Part shown: positions 28,226 to 37,446 of the stretch, in pieces
Layout of the letters: the number at the start of each line of letters is the position of its first letter
Position numbering within the stretch: the stretch's first letter is position 1
Origin: an uncultured Gemmatimonadaceae bacterium
Lineage (GTDB): Bacteria > Gemmatimonadota > Gemmatimonadetes > Gemmatimonadales > GWC2-71-9
NCBI GenBank assembly: GCA_964647615.1
Contig: CAZYIV010000008.1
Coordinates: forward strand, 910 to 64,909
Direction of reading: 5' to 3'
DNA: 64,000 bases
Made by a program: the position numbers and the translations under genes
Notes under the pieces: generated by a model
Seen by the model: only the letters and a program-made list of their open reading frames with translations
Databases searched by the model: none
What the model was told of the DNA's origin: nothing

Positions 28226-28310
28226 CAGGCTCCGGGGCAGTCGAGGGAAATGTCCATCACGTCACCGGGGAATCTGCCGGACCCCCTCGCAAGCCTTCAT
28301 GGACGCCGTA

Positions 28311-28326
28311 TGTGATCCGCCTCACG
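28311..28326. promoter_or_regulatory. CRP/FNR-family-like box TGTGA-N6-TCACG
   Basis: One mismatch to TGTGA-N6-TCACA, in a divergent intergenic region, flanked by two GCCTTCATGGA direct repeats (28293 and 28329). Confidence 0.5.
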
Positions 28327-28591
28327 CCGCCTTCATGGAATCTTGTCATGGAGCCGACGGGCTCCTGTAATCGAATTCGTCAGCCGGCGCCACGTCGGCC
28401 TCCTATGGTGGCGGTGACCCCTTCGCGGAGCACCGCCCCATGCGCTTCCGGTTCCCGCCGGCCACCGGCCCGCCTCCCGCCCCGCCCCATGCGGCGTCCC
28501 TCCCCCGCGGCCCCGAGCCGCCGGGCACCACGCCGGGAAGCGATCGACACCTCGGGCAAGCCCAGCGATTCCACCGAAAGCGAGTACCCCC

Positions 28592-29482
28592 ATGCGTGCC
28601 ATCTACGGCCCCACCACGGGCGGCGCGTGGCTCCTGACCGCGGTCCTGGCCGCGAGCGCCTGCCACCCCACCCCCTCGACCGTCCGCTCCCCCGGCCTCG
28701 ACCGCCAGCTCGAGGCCCTCACCCTCGCGGCCGAGCGCGACAGCCTGATCATGGAAGTGGCGGCGAACGGCCGGCTGCTCAACGACCTCGAGGCGGAGCT
28801 GCGCAAGGCCGCGCCCCGCCCCGCCGCCGGCCAGCCGGAGTCGCCCGAACTGCAGGTGACCACCGACCAGCGGACCTTTGTCCTGGAGCAGGTGCGGAGC
28901 GTCACCAGCCGGCTCAAGGGCGCCGAGCTGCGGCTGTCCCAGAGCGAGCGCCGTGCCCGGCGGCTGGTGCACCAGGTGGACAGTCTCTCCACCGGCCTTA
29001 CCGACGCCCAGGCCAGCCTCGCCGACCTGGTGGCGATTGTCGGGCAGCAGCGGGAGCAGGTGGCCGCGCTCACCCTGCAGCTGGGCGAGCTGACCGGCCT
29101 CACCGAGACCCTGGGCGACAGCGTCCACCAGCTCACCGACGACCGCAACACCGCCTACTTCGTGGTCGGGACCCGGGACGAGCTGATCCGCCAGGGCGTC
29201 CTGGTGCCGGAGGGGCCGCGCAACGTGCCGCTGGTGGGGAAGCGCCAGGCGGTGCCGGCGCGGGCCCTGCCGCTGCAGGCCTTCACCAGCATTGACCGCA
29301 GCGCGATCCACGAGATCCCGCTGCCCGACACCACCCGGCGCTACCGAATCGTGTCGCGGCAGAACCTGGCCTACCTGGCCTCGACCGCGGACCGGAAGGG
29401 AACGGTGCAGGAGCGGATCGCGATCGCGGATGCGGAGGGGTTCTGGGAGCCGAGCAAGTACCTGATCGTCGTGGAGCAGTAG
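28592..29482 (+). CDS. Coiled-coil lipoprotein, similar to Bacteroidota Cbp1-type adhesins
   Basis: Lipobox LAASAC, long heptad region, then NTAYFVVGTRDEL...GV and FWEPSKYLIV. The family resemblance is from recall. Confidence 0.7.
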   Translation: MRAIYGPTTGGAWLLTAVLAASACHPTPSTVRSPGLDRQLEALTLAAERDSLIMEVAANGRLLNDLEAELRKAAPRPAAGQPESPELQVTTDQRTFVLEQVRSVTSRLKGAELRLSQSERRARRLVHQVDSLSTGLTDAQASLADLVAIVGQQREQVAALTLQLGELTGLTETLGDSVHQLTDDRNTAYFVVGTRDELIRQGVLVPEGPRNVPLVGKRQAVPARALPLQAFTSIDRSAIHEIPLPDTTRRYRIVSRQNLAYLASTADRKGTVQERIAIADAEGFWEPSKYLIVVEQ

Positions 29483-29488
29483 GGTGGA

Positions 29489-29577
29489 GACGGTAGGACG
29501 GTAGGACGGTAAGACGGTAGGACGGTCGGGCGGTGGGCGAGCTGCCTACCGTCCGACCGTCTGTCCGTCCTACCGTC
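29489..29577. repeat. Inverted array of 8-bp GACGGTAG units
   Basis: Six forward units (29489-29536, last two degenerate), an 8-nt spacer, then four reverse-complement units (29545-29577), between convergent genes. Confidence 0.85.
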
Positions 29578-32071
29578 GCTTGGCCTTCCGGGTCGGCTCC
29601 GCCACCAGCGGGTCATCCGGCCAGTGATGCTTCGGGTAGCGCCCCTTCATCTCCTTCTGCACATCGAAGTAGCTGGTGCGCCAGAAGCCGGCCAGGTCCC
29701 GGGTGACCTGCACCGGCCGCTGGGCCGGTGAGAGGAGGTGCATCGTCACCGGCACCCGGCCACCGGCCACCCGCGGCGTCTCGGTGAGGCCGAAGACCTC
29801 CTGCAGTCGCACCGCGAGCACCGGCGCAGCGGGGTCGGTGTAGTCCACCCGGATGCGGGAGCCGGTCGGCACGCCAAGGTGCGTCGGCGCCAGGTCGTCG
29901 AGCTTTGCGCGGAGGTCCCACGGCAGCAGCCGGAGCAGCGCCCCGGCCAGCGGCAGCCGGTCGAGGTCGGCGCGGCGGCGGACGCCGGCGAGGTCGGGAC
30001 CGAGCCACGCCTCCAGCCGCTCGAGCAGCACCGCATCGTCCATCGCGGGCCAGGGGTCACCGAGGTGGTGGCGGCAGAAGGCCAGCCGGGCGCGGAGCGC
30101 AGACGCGCCGTCGTCCCAGGGGAGCCGCGAGAGACTCTCGCGCCGGAGCTGCGCCGCCACCGCCGCCGCAAGCCCGGCGGGATCGGGGTCGCGCAGCGGC
30201 TTCTCCTCCAGGATGATCGCGCCGAGCATCCGCCGCCGCGCGGCGCGGAGCAGATCGGCCTGGGCATCCCAGGCCACCACTTCCTCGGTGGTGACCTGGT
30301 CGTCGAACAGCGCCTCGACTTCCTCGCGGGTAAGCGGCGCGCCCAGCCAGATCCGGCTCTCGCGCGGGTCGCCGTCCAGCTCCGCCGCCACCACGAACTC
30401 GCTCAGCGCCAGCGAGGCCGCCCCGGTGAACGCGCCCTGCCCGTTCCGGAGCAGGAAGCGCCCGCCCTGCCCCGCGCGCCGCAGCCCGACACGGTCGGGG
30501 TACGCCAGCGCCAGCAGTGCCCCGGGGGACGGTGCCTCGCCGGCCGTCTCACGCACTGCGCGCTGCCACGCCCGCGCCGCCTCCCGAGCCCGCTGCAGGC
30601 CACCTCGATCCACCGTGAGCCCCTGGTGCACCGGCGGCGTGTCGCGCCGGGCGAGCAGGTCGAGCCGCAGGCCCAGGTCGGGATCGCCCTCGCCCGCGGG
30701 CGCGCGGAGGAAATCCCGCTCCTCGAGCAGCGCCGCCAGCCGGGCCGCCCCCGCGGCGCCGCCGCGCTCCGCTCCCGCCAGCAGCAGGTGCGCCAGCCGC
30801 GGATGGGTTCCCAGCTCCGCCATCCGGCGGCCGTGGGGGGTGATGGCGCCCGTTGCATCGAGGGCACCGAGTTCCGCGAGCAGCGTCCGCCCGGTGGCGA
30901 GCGCCGCGGCGGGCGGCGCATCGAGCCAGGCGAGGCTGCCGGGCTCGGGGATGCCCGCCGCCGCCAGCTCCAGCGCCAGCGGGGCGAGGTCCGCTTCCAG
31001 GATCTCCGGCGTGGCCCGGGGCAGCAGTGCCGCGGTCTCCGCCTCGGCCCAGAGCCGATAGCAGCGGCCCGGCGCGGTGCGGCCCGCCCGCCCGGCGCGC
31101 TGGTCGGCGCCGGCGCGCGAGACCCGCCCCGTCACCAGCCGGGTCATCCCCGAGCGAGGCACATACCGCGGCACCCGGGCGAGCCCGCTGTCCACCACCA
31201 CCCGCACCCCCTCGATGGTCAGGCTGGTCTCCGCGATGGACGTGGCCAGCACCACCTTGCGCCGGCCGGGCGGTGCCGGGCGGATGGCCGCGTCCTGGGC
31301 CTCGGCGGCGAGCATGCCGTGCAGCGGGTGGACCTCGCAGCCAGCGGGGAGCGGCACCCCCTCGGCAAGCAGGTCGGCGGTGCGGCGGATCTCTCCCTGC
31401 CCCGGGAGGAAGGCGAGGATATCGCCGTCCGACTCCGTGAGTGCCTGCCGGATCGCGGCGGCGGTGGCGCCTTCCACCCGAACCTCGGTCCGGCGCGGCA
31501 GGTAGCGCAGCTCCACCGGATGCGCCCGTCCCTCGCTGGTGAGCACGGGGGCGCCGTCCAGCAGCGCCGCCACCGCGGCCCCGTCCAGCGTGGCGGACAT
31601 CACCAGCAGCCGCAGGTCGGGGCGGAGCACCGCGCGCGACTGCAGCACCAGCGCCAGCCCCAGGTCGGCGTGCAGGCTCCGCTCGTGGAACTCGTCGAAG
31701 ACCACGATCCCGACGCCGGGGAGGTCGGGGTCGTGCTGCACCATGCGGGTGAGGATGCCCTCGGTGACGACCTCGATGCGGGTGCGCGGGCCCACCACTG
31801 AGTCCCGCCGGATGCGGTAGCCCACCGTCTCCCCCACCCGTTCCCCGAGGAGCGAGGCCATCCGGCGGGCGGCGGCCCGGGCGGCCAGGCGGCGCGGCTC
31901 CAGCAGCAGCAGCTTGCGCCCCGCGAGCCACGGTACATCGAGCAGTGCCAGCGGCACCAGGGTCGTCTTGCCGGCCCCGGGCGGCGCCTGGAGCACCGCC
32001 CGCCCGGCCGTGTCCAGGGTCCGGGCCAGCTCCGGGAGGAGCGGCGTGATGGGAAGGGAAGGCAGGCTCAC
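29570..32071 (-). CDS. hrpB: ATP-dependent RNA helicase HrpB
   Basis: APPGAGKTT, EPRRLAARA, DEFHERS, MSAT, ATSIAETSLTI, QRAGRAGR, and C-terminal LAVRLQEVFG...LLSPAQRPVQVT.DLAGFW...Y..V.KEMKGRYPKH.WP. Confidence 0.97.
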   Translation of the reverse strand: MSLPSLPITPLLPELARTLDTAGRAVLQAPPGAGKTTLVPLALLDVPWLAGRKLLLLEPRRLAARAAARRMASLLGERVGETVGYRIRRDSVVGPRTRIEVVTEGILTRMVQHDPDLPGVGIVVFDEFHERSLHADLGLALVLQSRAVLRPDLRLLVMSATLDGAAVAALLDGAPVLTSEGRAHPVELRYLPRRTEVRVEGATAAAIRQALTESDGDILAFLPGQGEIRRTADLLAEGVPLPAGCEVHPLHGMLAAEAQDAAIRPAPPGRRKVVLATSIAETSLTIEGVRVVVDSGLARVPRYVPRSGMTRLVTGRVSRAGADQRAGRAGRTAPGRCYRLWAEAETAALLPRATPEILEADLAPLALELAAAGIPEPGSLAWLDAPPAAALATGRTLLAELGALDATGAITPHGRRMAELGTHPRLAHLLLAGAERGGAAGAARLAALLEERDFLRAPAGEGDPDLGLRLDLLARRDTPPVHQGLTVDRGGLQRAREAARAWQRAVRETAGEAPSPGALLALAYPDRVGLRRAGQGGRFLLRNGQGAFTGAASLALSEFVVAAELDGDPRESRIWLGAPLTREEVEALFDDQVTTEEVVAWDAQADLLRAARRRMLGAIILEEKPLRDPDPAGLAAAVAAQLRRESLSRLPWDDGASALRARLAFCRHHLGDPWPAMDDAVLLERLEAWLGPDLAGVRRRADLDRLPLAGALLRLLPWDLRAKLDDLAPTHLGVPTGSRIRVDYTDPAAPVLAVRLQEVFGLTETPRVAGGRVPVTMHLLSPAQRPVQVTRDLAGFWRTSYFDVQKEMKGRYPKHHWPDDPLVAEPTRKAKRR

Positions 32072-32163
32072 GCGTTGAAGGATAGCCCCGGCCGCCGTGA
32101 TGCGGCCCCGGCCCGGGGTGGGTAGCTTCCTTCCACCCCCGACCCGACCACCGGGAGAACCAC

Positions 32164-33030
32164 GTGACCGCAGGACCGGCACCGGAGCGTCCCCAGGGCG
32201 ACCAGATCGACGTGTTCGGTCTCACCCATCAGGGGAACGTCCGCACCGAGAACCAGGACCACTTCCTGGTGGGCAGCATCCACAAGTCCATGAGCATCCG
32301 GCAGACCAGCCTGCCGGAGGAATCGCTCGGCGACCTGCGGAGCCCCAGCCGCGGCTACGTCTTCCTGGTGGCGGACGGCGTCGGCGGCGTCCCCGGCGGG
32401 CGCGAGGCCAGCCGCACGGCGCTCGGCGCGATCGTGGACTACGTGCTGCAGACCATGGATCTCTACGTCCAGATGGATCCGGACGTGGAGCCGGTTTTCC
32501 TGGCGGACCTGGTCCGCTCGGTCGAGCGGAGCCACGAGGCGGTGCGCGCGGCGGGATTGATCGACGAGGAACACGCCGGGATGGCCACCACCCTCACGAT
32601 GGTGTGCATCCGCTGGCCCCGCGGGTACCTGGTCCACGTGGGCGACAGCCGCTGCTACCGGCTGCGCCAGGGAAAGCTGGAGCTGCTCACCCGGGACCAG
32701 ACCATGGCCCAGGCCATGATCGACGCCGGGGCGCTCTCCGCCGACCAGGCCGAGCGCTCCAGCCTCAAGCATGTGCTCTACAGCGCGCTGGGCGCCACCC
32801 GGGCCGAGCCGTTCACGCTCTCCACCGACGTGCGGTGGGACGACGTGATGCTGCTCTGCAGCGACGGCCTGACCAAGCATGTCTCCGACGACGAGATCCG
32901 CGAGGCGCTGCTGATCCAGGAGAGCGCCGAGGATACCGCGCGCCGGCTGCTGGCGCTGGCGCTGGCGCGCGGGGGCAGCGACAACACCACCCTGATCGTG
33001 GGGCGGCTCCGCCGCCCCGCCGGCGCCTAG
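32164..33030 (+). CDS. PP2C/PPM family Ser/Thr phosphatase
   Basis: GLTHQG.VR..NQD, VADGVGG, HVGDSRCY, LLCSDGL and GGSDNTT. Confidence 0.95.
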   Translation: MTAGPAPERPQGDQIDVFGLTHQGNVRTENQDHFLVGSIHKSMSIRQTSLPEESLGDLRSPSRGYVFLVADGVGGVPGGREASRTALGAIVDYVLQTMDLYVQMDPDVEPVFLADLVRSVERSHEAVRAAGLIDEEHAGMATTLTMVCIRWPRGYLVHVGDSRCYRLRQGKLELLTRDQTMAQAMIDAGALSADQAERSSLKHVLYSALGATRAEPFTLSTDVRWDDVMLLCSDGLTKHVSDDEIREALLIQESAEDTARRLLALALARGGSDNTTLIVGRLRRPAGA

Positions 33031-33071
33031 CGGGGGCACCGCGGCCCGGATCCCGGCACCGCCGACCGACC

Positions 33072-34496
33072 ATGCGCACCGTCACCATCCTGCGGGAACT
33101 GCTCCCCCTCACCCTCAGCCTCATCCGCGACCAGCGCCGCTGGCTCTGGTTCGGCGGCCCGGTCCGGCGCACTCCTGCCTTCCACGCGCGCCGGGCGGAA
33201 CGGATGGTGGCGGCGCTGGGACGCCTCGGCCCCACGTTCGTGAAGATGGGACAGGTCTTCGCCGGTCGGAACGACCTGCTGCCCGAGCCCTACGCGAAGG
33301 CCTTCGCCACCCTGACCGACCAGGTGCCGCCGATCCCGCTGGCCGAGATCGAGCGGGTAATCCTCGAGAGCTACGGCAGGCCGGCGGTGGAGCTGTTCGA
33401 GCAGTTCGACCCGGTGCCGATCGCCGCCGCCTCGCTGGGCCAGGTGCACCGGGCCCGGTACAAGGACCAGGACGTGGTGGTGAAGGTGCTGCGCCCCGGC
33501 GTGCCGGCCCTGGTGGACGAGGACATCGTCTCCGCACGGAGCATCCTGCGCGTGGCGACGAAGTGGTTCGACCACCCCCACATCCGCGGGCTGCGCACGG
33601 CGGTGGAGGAGTTCGCGCTCCGGATCCACGAGGAGATGGATTTCCGGCTCGAGGGCGCGAACGCCACCGAGTTCGGGCGCCGGTTCTCCGGCCTCCGCGG
33701 CATCCGGATCCCGACGGTGGTGGAGGAGATGACCCGGGAGCAGGTGCTGGTGCTGGAGTACTGTCCCGGGACCCGGGTGGACCAGCTGGACGACCGGATC
33801 GCGCGTGGGGAACTGCAGCCCGACACGGTGGTGCGCCGGGTGCTCGAGCTCTACATGCGCATGATGCTCATGGACGGGTTGTTCCACGCCGACCCGCACG
33901 CCGGCAACCTGCTGCTGGCCCCGGACGGCGCGCTGGTACTGGTGGACTTCGGCATGGTGGTGAAGGTGAGCCGGGAGCGACGGCGCCAGATCCTCGACAC
34001 GGCGCTGGCCTCCATCCGGCGCGACCCGGAGGGCGTGGTGGACGGGTTCTTCGCGCTCGGCATGGTGGAACCGGGCACCGACCGGATAAAGATCCGCGCC
34101 CTCGCCGACGCGATGCTCGCGCTGGCCGACCAGCGCACCACCAGCATCGAGCGGCTGGAATACCTCAGCTCCCAGCTCATGGCGGCGATGTACGACTGGC
34201 CGATCGTCCTCCCCGGCGACCTGGTCTACTTCGCCCGCACCGCCGCGCTGATCGAAGGGCTCGGCGTCCGCTACGATGCCCGCTTCAACCCGCTCCTGGT
34301 CGCCACGCCGATCCTGTTCGAGCTCCGGCCCCAGATCCTCGCCGCCCTCTCCGACGGGGAGGCACCGGCCCCCGCCGACTGGACGCGCGAGGTCCTCGAT
34401 TTCGTCAGCCGGGCCGGCGGCATCCTGCGCAAGGCGGGCGAGGAACTGAAGCTGCTCATCGGCGAGAAGGTCTTCCTCGGCATGAAGCAGCGCTGA
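33072..34496 (+). CDS. ABC1/UbiB (AarF) family atypical kinase
   Basis: LGPTFVKMGQ, PIAAASLGQVHRA, VVVKV.RP, FHADPHAGN and VDFGM. Confidence 0.93.
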   Translation: MRTVTILRELLPLTLSLIRDQRRWLWFGGPVRRTPAFHARRAERMVAALGRLGPTFVKMGQVFAGRNDLLPEPYAKAFATLTDQVPPIPLAEIERVILESYGRPAVELFEQFDPVPIAAASLGQVHRARYKDQDVVVKVLRPGVPALVDEDIVSARSILRVATKWFDHPHIRGLRTAVEEFALRIHEEMDFRLEGANATEFGRRFSGLRGIRIPTVVEEMTREQVLVLEYCPGTRVDQLDDRIARGELQPDTVVRRVLELYMRMMLMDGLFHADPHAGNLLLAPDGALVLVDFGMVVKVSRERRRQILDTALASIRRDPEGVVDGFFALGMVEPGTDRIKIRALADAMLALADQRTTSIERLEYLSSQLMAAMYDWPIVLPGDLVYFARTAALIEGLGVRYDARFNPLLVATPILFELRPQILAALSDGEAPAPADWTREVLDFVSRAGGILRKAGEELKLLIGEKVFLGMKQR

Positions 34497-34538
34497 AGAA
34501 ACTCTCAGGGTCGCTCCACCCTCCAGTCAGGTGGCCGG

Positions 34539-34547
34539 TGGTATGCT
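34539..34547 (+). promoter_or_regulatory. Candidate extended -10 (TG-G-TATGCT)
   Basis: About 26 nt upstream of the tonB ATG, which has a GGAGG RBS. Confidence 0.45.
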
Positions 34548-34573
34548 GCGGCCGGAACCCGCTGGAGGGCGCC

Positions 34574-35338
34574 ATGCTGGATCTGCTGGTCGCCTCGAAC
34601 CCCCGCCGGCACGCCACCTGGGCTGAATTCAGCACCTCGGCCACCATGCACGTGGGGCTCTTCTTCCTCGTCGTCCTCGCCACCCGCACCACCGTGGAAG
34701 CCGTCCGGCCGATCGTGGCGGACACCACCCTGGTCTTCCTGCCGCGCCTCGCGGCCCCGGCGGTAGACCGTCCGGCGCCGGTCCACGCCGGCGGCGGGGG
34801 CGGCGGCGACGGGGGCGCGCTGATCATCTCGGCCAATCCCCCGCCGCGGGGCTTCCAGGTGATCAACGCCATCGCCTCGATCCCGACCGAGATCCCGCCG
34901 GTGGACCTCTCGATGAAGTCGCTCGACCCGCGCGACTTCACCGGCCGCGGCGTCGAGGGCGGCGTCGGGTGGGGGATCGAAGGCGGGACTGGGCCGGCCG
35001 ACCAGCCGCCGGGCGAGATCAAGGAGATGCTGTACCGGGCCGAGACGGTGGACGCGCGCTTCACCCCGGCGGTACTGGTGGTGCGGCCGGTCTTCACCTA
35101 TCCGGAGCTGCAGCTCGCCGCCGGGGTGCCGGGGAAGGTGGTGCTCCAGTTCGTCATCGATACGGTGGGCCGGATCGAGCCCACCACGATCGAGGTCCTG
35201 GAGCGGACCAACGAGGCCTTCGCCAACTCGGCGAAGCGCGGGGTGCTCGACGCCCGGTTCGAGCCGGCCACCTTCGGCGGCCACCGGGTGCGCCAGCTGA
35301 GCAAGTGGCCGGTGAAGTTCGAGCTCGCCACCCGCTGA
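34574..35338 (+). CDS. tonB: Energy transducer TonB family protein
   Basis: S..MHVG TM anchor, Pro/Gly linker and C-terminal YP.....G..GKVVLQFVIDT.GRIE...F.PA. Confidence 0.85.
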   Translation: MLDLLVASNPRRHATWAEFSTSATMHVGLFFLVVLATRTTVEAVRPIVADTTLVFLPRLAAPAVDRPAPVHAGGGGGGDGGALIISANPPPRGFQVINAIASIPTEIPPVDLSMKSLDPRDFTGRGVEGGVGWGIEGGTGPADQPPGEIKEMLYRAETVDARFTPAVLVVRPVFTYPELQLAAGVPGKVVLQFVIDTVGRIEPTTIEVLERTNEAFANSAKRGVLDARFEPATFGGHRVRQLSKWPVKFELATR

Positions 35339-35357
35339 CCCGCCCGCCCCGGAGACG

Positions 35358-35387
35358 CGACGGCCCGCACCGAGGTGCGGGCCGTCG
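35358..35387. terminator. 13-bp hairpin between convergent genes
   Basis: CGACGGCCCGCAC-CGAG-GTGCGGGCCGTCG. Confidence 0.65.
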
Positions 35388-35413
35388 TGCTTCGCTCAGG
35401 GGGGAGGGTTCGC

Positions 35414-36319
35414 TCAGCTGCGCTCCACCCGCACCCGCTCCGGCTGGCCGTCCACCTTCCAGCGGAACTCGCGGTTCCGCTCCGGGGCGGTCCAGGTGAT
35501 GGTCATCTTCTTCTGCTTCCGCATGATCTCCAGCCTGGCGGTGTCGCCCTTGTCGTAGGTGCCGAGGATCCGGCGCGCCTGGTCCACCGACGAGGGGTGG
35601 CGGCCATCGATGCTCAGGATCACGTCGCCGGCCCGGAGGTCGCTGCCGTCGCGCTTCTCGGCCTTGAGCACCAGCAGCCCGTCCTTGGTCCCGAAGTACT
35701 CGCCGAGGTCGGGGGAGAGTTCCGTCAGCTGCAGGCCGTCGGGCGCGGCCGAGAAGAGCCGGAAGGTGTTACCGTCGCCCTCGATCATCGGCATGCGGGG
35801 CATGCCCTCCGGCCCGGTCCGCATGCGCGGCATGTCGGGCATCGAGAACTGGAAGCCCCGGCCCATGCTCATCCCCCCGAGATTGGCGGCGACCAGGGTG
35901 GCGGTCCGGGTGGCGCCATCTCGCCGGTATTCGAGCTTGACGGTGTCGCCGGCGGACAGCTCGCCGGCCAGCTTCACCAGCTTCTGCGCCGGGCCGGAGG
36001 TGTCGTCGTCGTCCGCGTCCTCCGGCTTGGCGCCGCCGAGGGCCGTGCCGTTGAAGCGGGTGATGATGTCGCCCGCCTGGATCCCCGCCTTGTCGGCGGG
36101 ACCGTCGGGGGTGACGCTGTTGACGCGGGCGCCGACCTTGTCTTTCTCCGCGTCGGCGCGGTAGTCCACCACCACCCCGATGCGGGGGCGGTTGGTGTTG
36201 AAGGAGAAGACGCGCATCGGGCCGTCCTCCTTCATCTCCTGCGCCTGCAGCGCCACCGGCACGGCGGCCGGGGCGAGGGTGCAGAGCAGGGCCAGTGTTC
36301 CAGACCAGCGGCGTGACAT
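35414..36319 (-). CDS. Secreted tandem PDZ-domain protein without a protease domain
   Basis: Signal peptide, two PDZ units (RIGV...VNSV.PDGPADKAGIQAGDIIT; LRAGDVILSIDG) and a Met/Pro-rich linker. Confidence 0.85.
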   Translation of the reverse strand: MSRRWSGTLALLCTLAPAAVPVALQAQEMKEDGPMRVFSFNTNRPRIGVVVDYRADAEKDKVGARVNSVTPDGPADKAGIQAGDIITRFNGTALGGAKPEDADDDDTSGPAQKLVKLAGELSAGDTVKLEYRRDGATRTATLVAANLGGMSMGRGFQFSMPDMPRMRTGPEGMPRMPMIEGDGNTFRLFSAAPDGLQLTELSPDLGEYFGTKDGLLVLKAEKRDGSDLRAGDVILSIDGRHPSSVDQARRILGTYDKGDTARLEIMRKQKKMTITWTAPERNREFRWKVDGQPERVRVERS

Positions 36320-36456
36320 GATGGCTCCGAGGCGTTGGGGGTCACCGGCATGGATGCCCGGTGCCCCCGGGAGGGTCGCACGGGGACGCCCGGCGGTTCC
36401 CCCCTCCCGCCGTGGGCCGTACCTTCCGGGCGCCCCTCTCGCCACCCCGGGAACGC

Positions 36457-37443
36457 ATGCTCAACTACATCTGGGCCGGGCTCATCATCCTGAGTCTCGG
36501 CTTCGCGCTGGTGACCGACATCGGCGCCCTCTCCCGCGACACCTACCGCAACGGGCAGCCGGTGCCGGTGACGCTCGCCTTCGAGCACGGCTACGACCCC
36601 GCCGCCGGCAGCGCGCCGGTGGCCGTGCGCCTGGACAGCGCCGCCTGGGCCGGGCACTACGGCCAGCCGCTGGCGCTGGCGCCGGCCTACACCGGCGAGC
36701 TGGTCCAGGCGCGCGACGGACGCGAGCTGCACTTCGCGAAGGACGTGGACCTGCCGGAGCCGCTGGCCACGGTACGGGCCATGACCTCCACCCGCGACAA
36801 CGACCTCCGCGGCCCGCTCACGCTCGGCCCGCTGGCCGCGGGGGACACCGTGGCCCCGGGGACGGTCACCTTCGCGCCGGTGCGGTTCGTGAAGCTGGTG
36901 GCCATCAGCCAGGCGGCGATCGATTTCGCCAAGACCGCGGTGACGCTGGCGCTGGGCCTGATCGGGGTGATGGCGCTGTGGCTCGGGATGCTGCGCATCG
37001 CGGAGAAGGCCGGGCTCATCGGCGTGATCGTCCGGGTGGCGGAGCCGGTGCTCCGGCCGCTCTTCCCCGAGATCCCGAAGGGGCACCCGGCGCTGGGGCA
37101 CATCGTGCTCAACCTCTCCGCCAACGTGCTGGGGCTGGGCAACGCCGCGACGCCGATGGGCATCAAGGCGATGGAGGAGCTGCAGAAGCTCAACCCCCGC
37201 CCCGACACCGCCACCAATTCCATGGTCATGCTGCTGGCGCTCAACACCGCGAGCGTGCAGGTGGTGCCGCCGGTGCTGCTGGTGGCGATCATGGGGCTGC
37301 AGATCAACCAGCTCTTCTTCTCCATCCTGATCTGCACCGCCCTCTCGCTGGTGGTGGGGATCGCCTCGGCCAAGCTGCTGGGCCGGCTCCGGACCTACCG
37401 GGAGTCGGACCCGATGCAGGCCGGCGCGCCGGTGGAGGGCTGA
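36457..37443 (+). CDS. spmA: SpmA-like nucleoside-recognition (Gate) membrane protein with an extra periplasmic insert
   Basis: MLNYIW, MALWLGM, NLSANVLGLGNAATPMGIKAM.ELQ and LALNTAS. Confidence 0.88.
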   Translation: MLNYIWAGLIILSLGFALVTDIGALSRDTYRNGQPVPVTLAFEHGYDPAAGSAPVAVRLDSAAWAGHYGQPLALAPAYTGELVQARDGRELHFAKDVDLPEPLATVRAMTSTRDNDLRGPLTLGPLAAGDTVAPGTVTFAPVRFVKLVAISQAAIDFAKTAVTLALGLIGVMALWLGMLRIAEKAGLIGVIVRVAEPVLRPLFPEIPKGHPALGHIVLNLSANVLGLGNAATPMGIKAMEELQKLNPRPDTATNSMVMLLALNTASVQVVPPVLLVAIMGLQINQLFFSILICTALSLVVGIASAKLLGRLRTYRESDPMQAGAPVEG

Positions 37444-37446
37444 GCC

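Noticed and set aside
29489-29577. Repeat array as a CRISPR
   Set aside because: The units are 8 bp with no unique spacers, and there are no cas genes.
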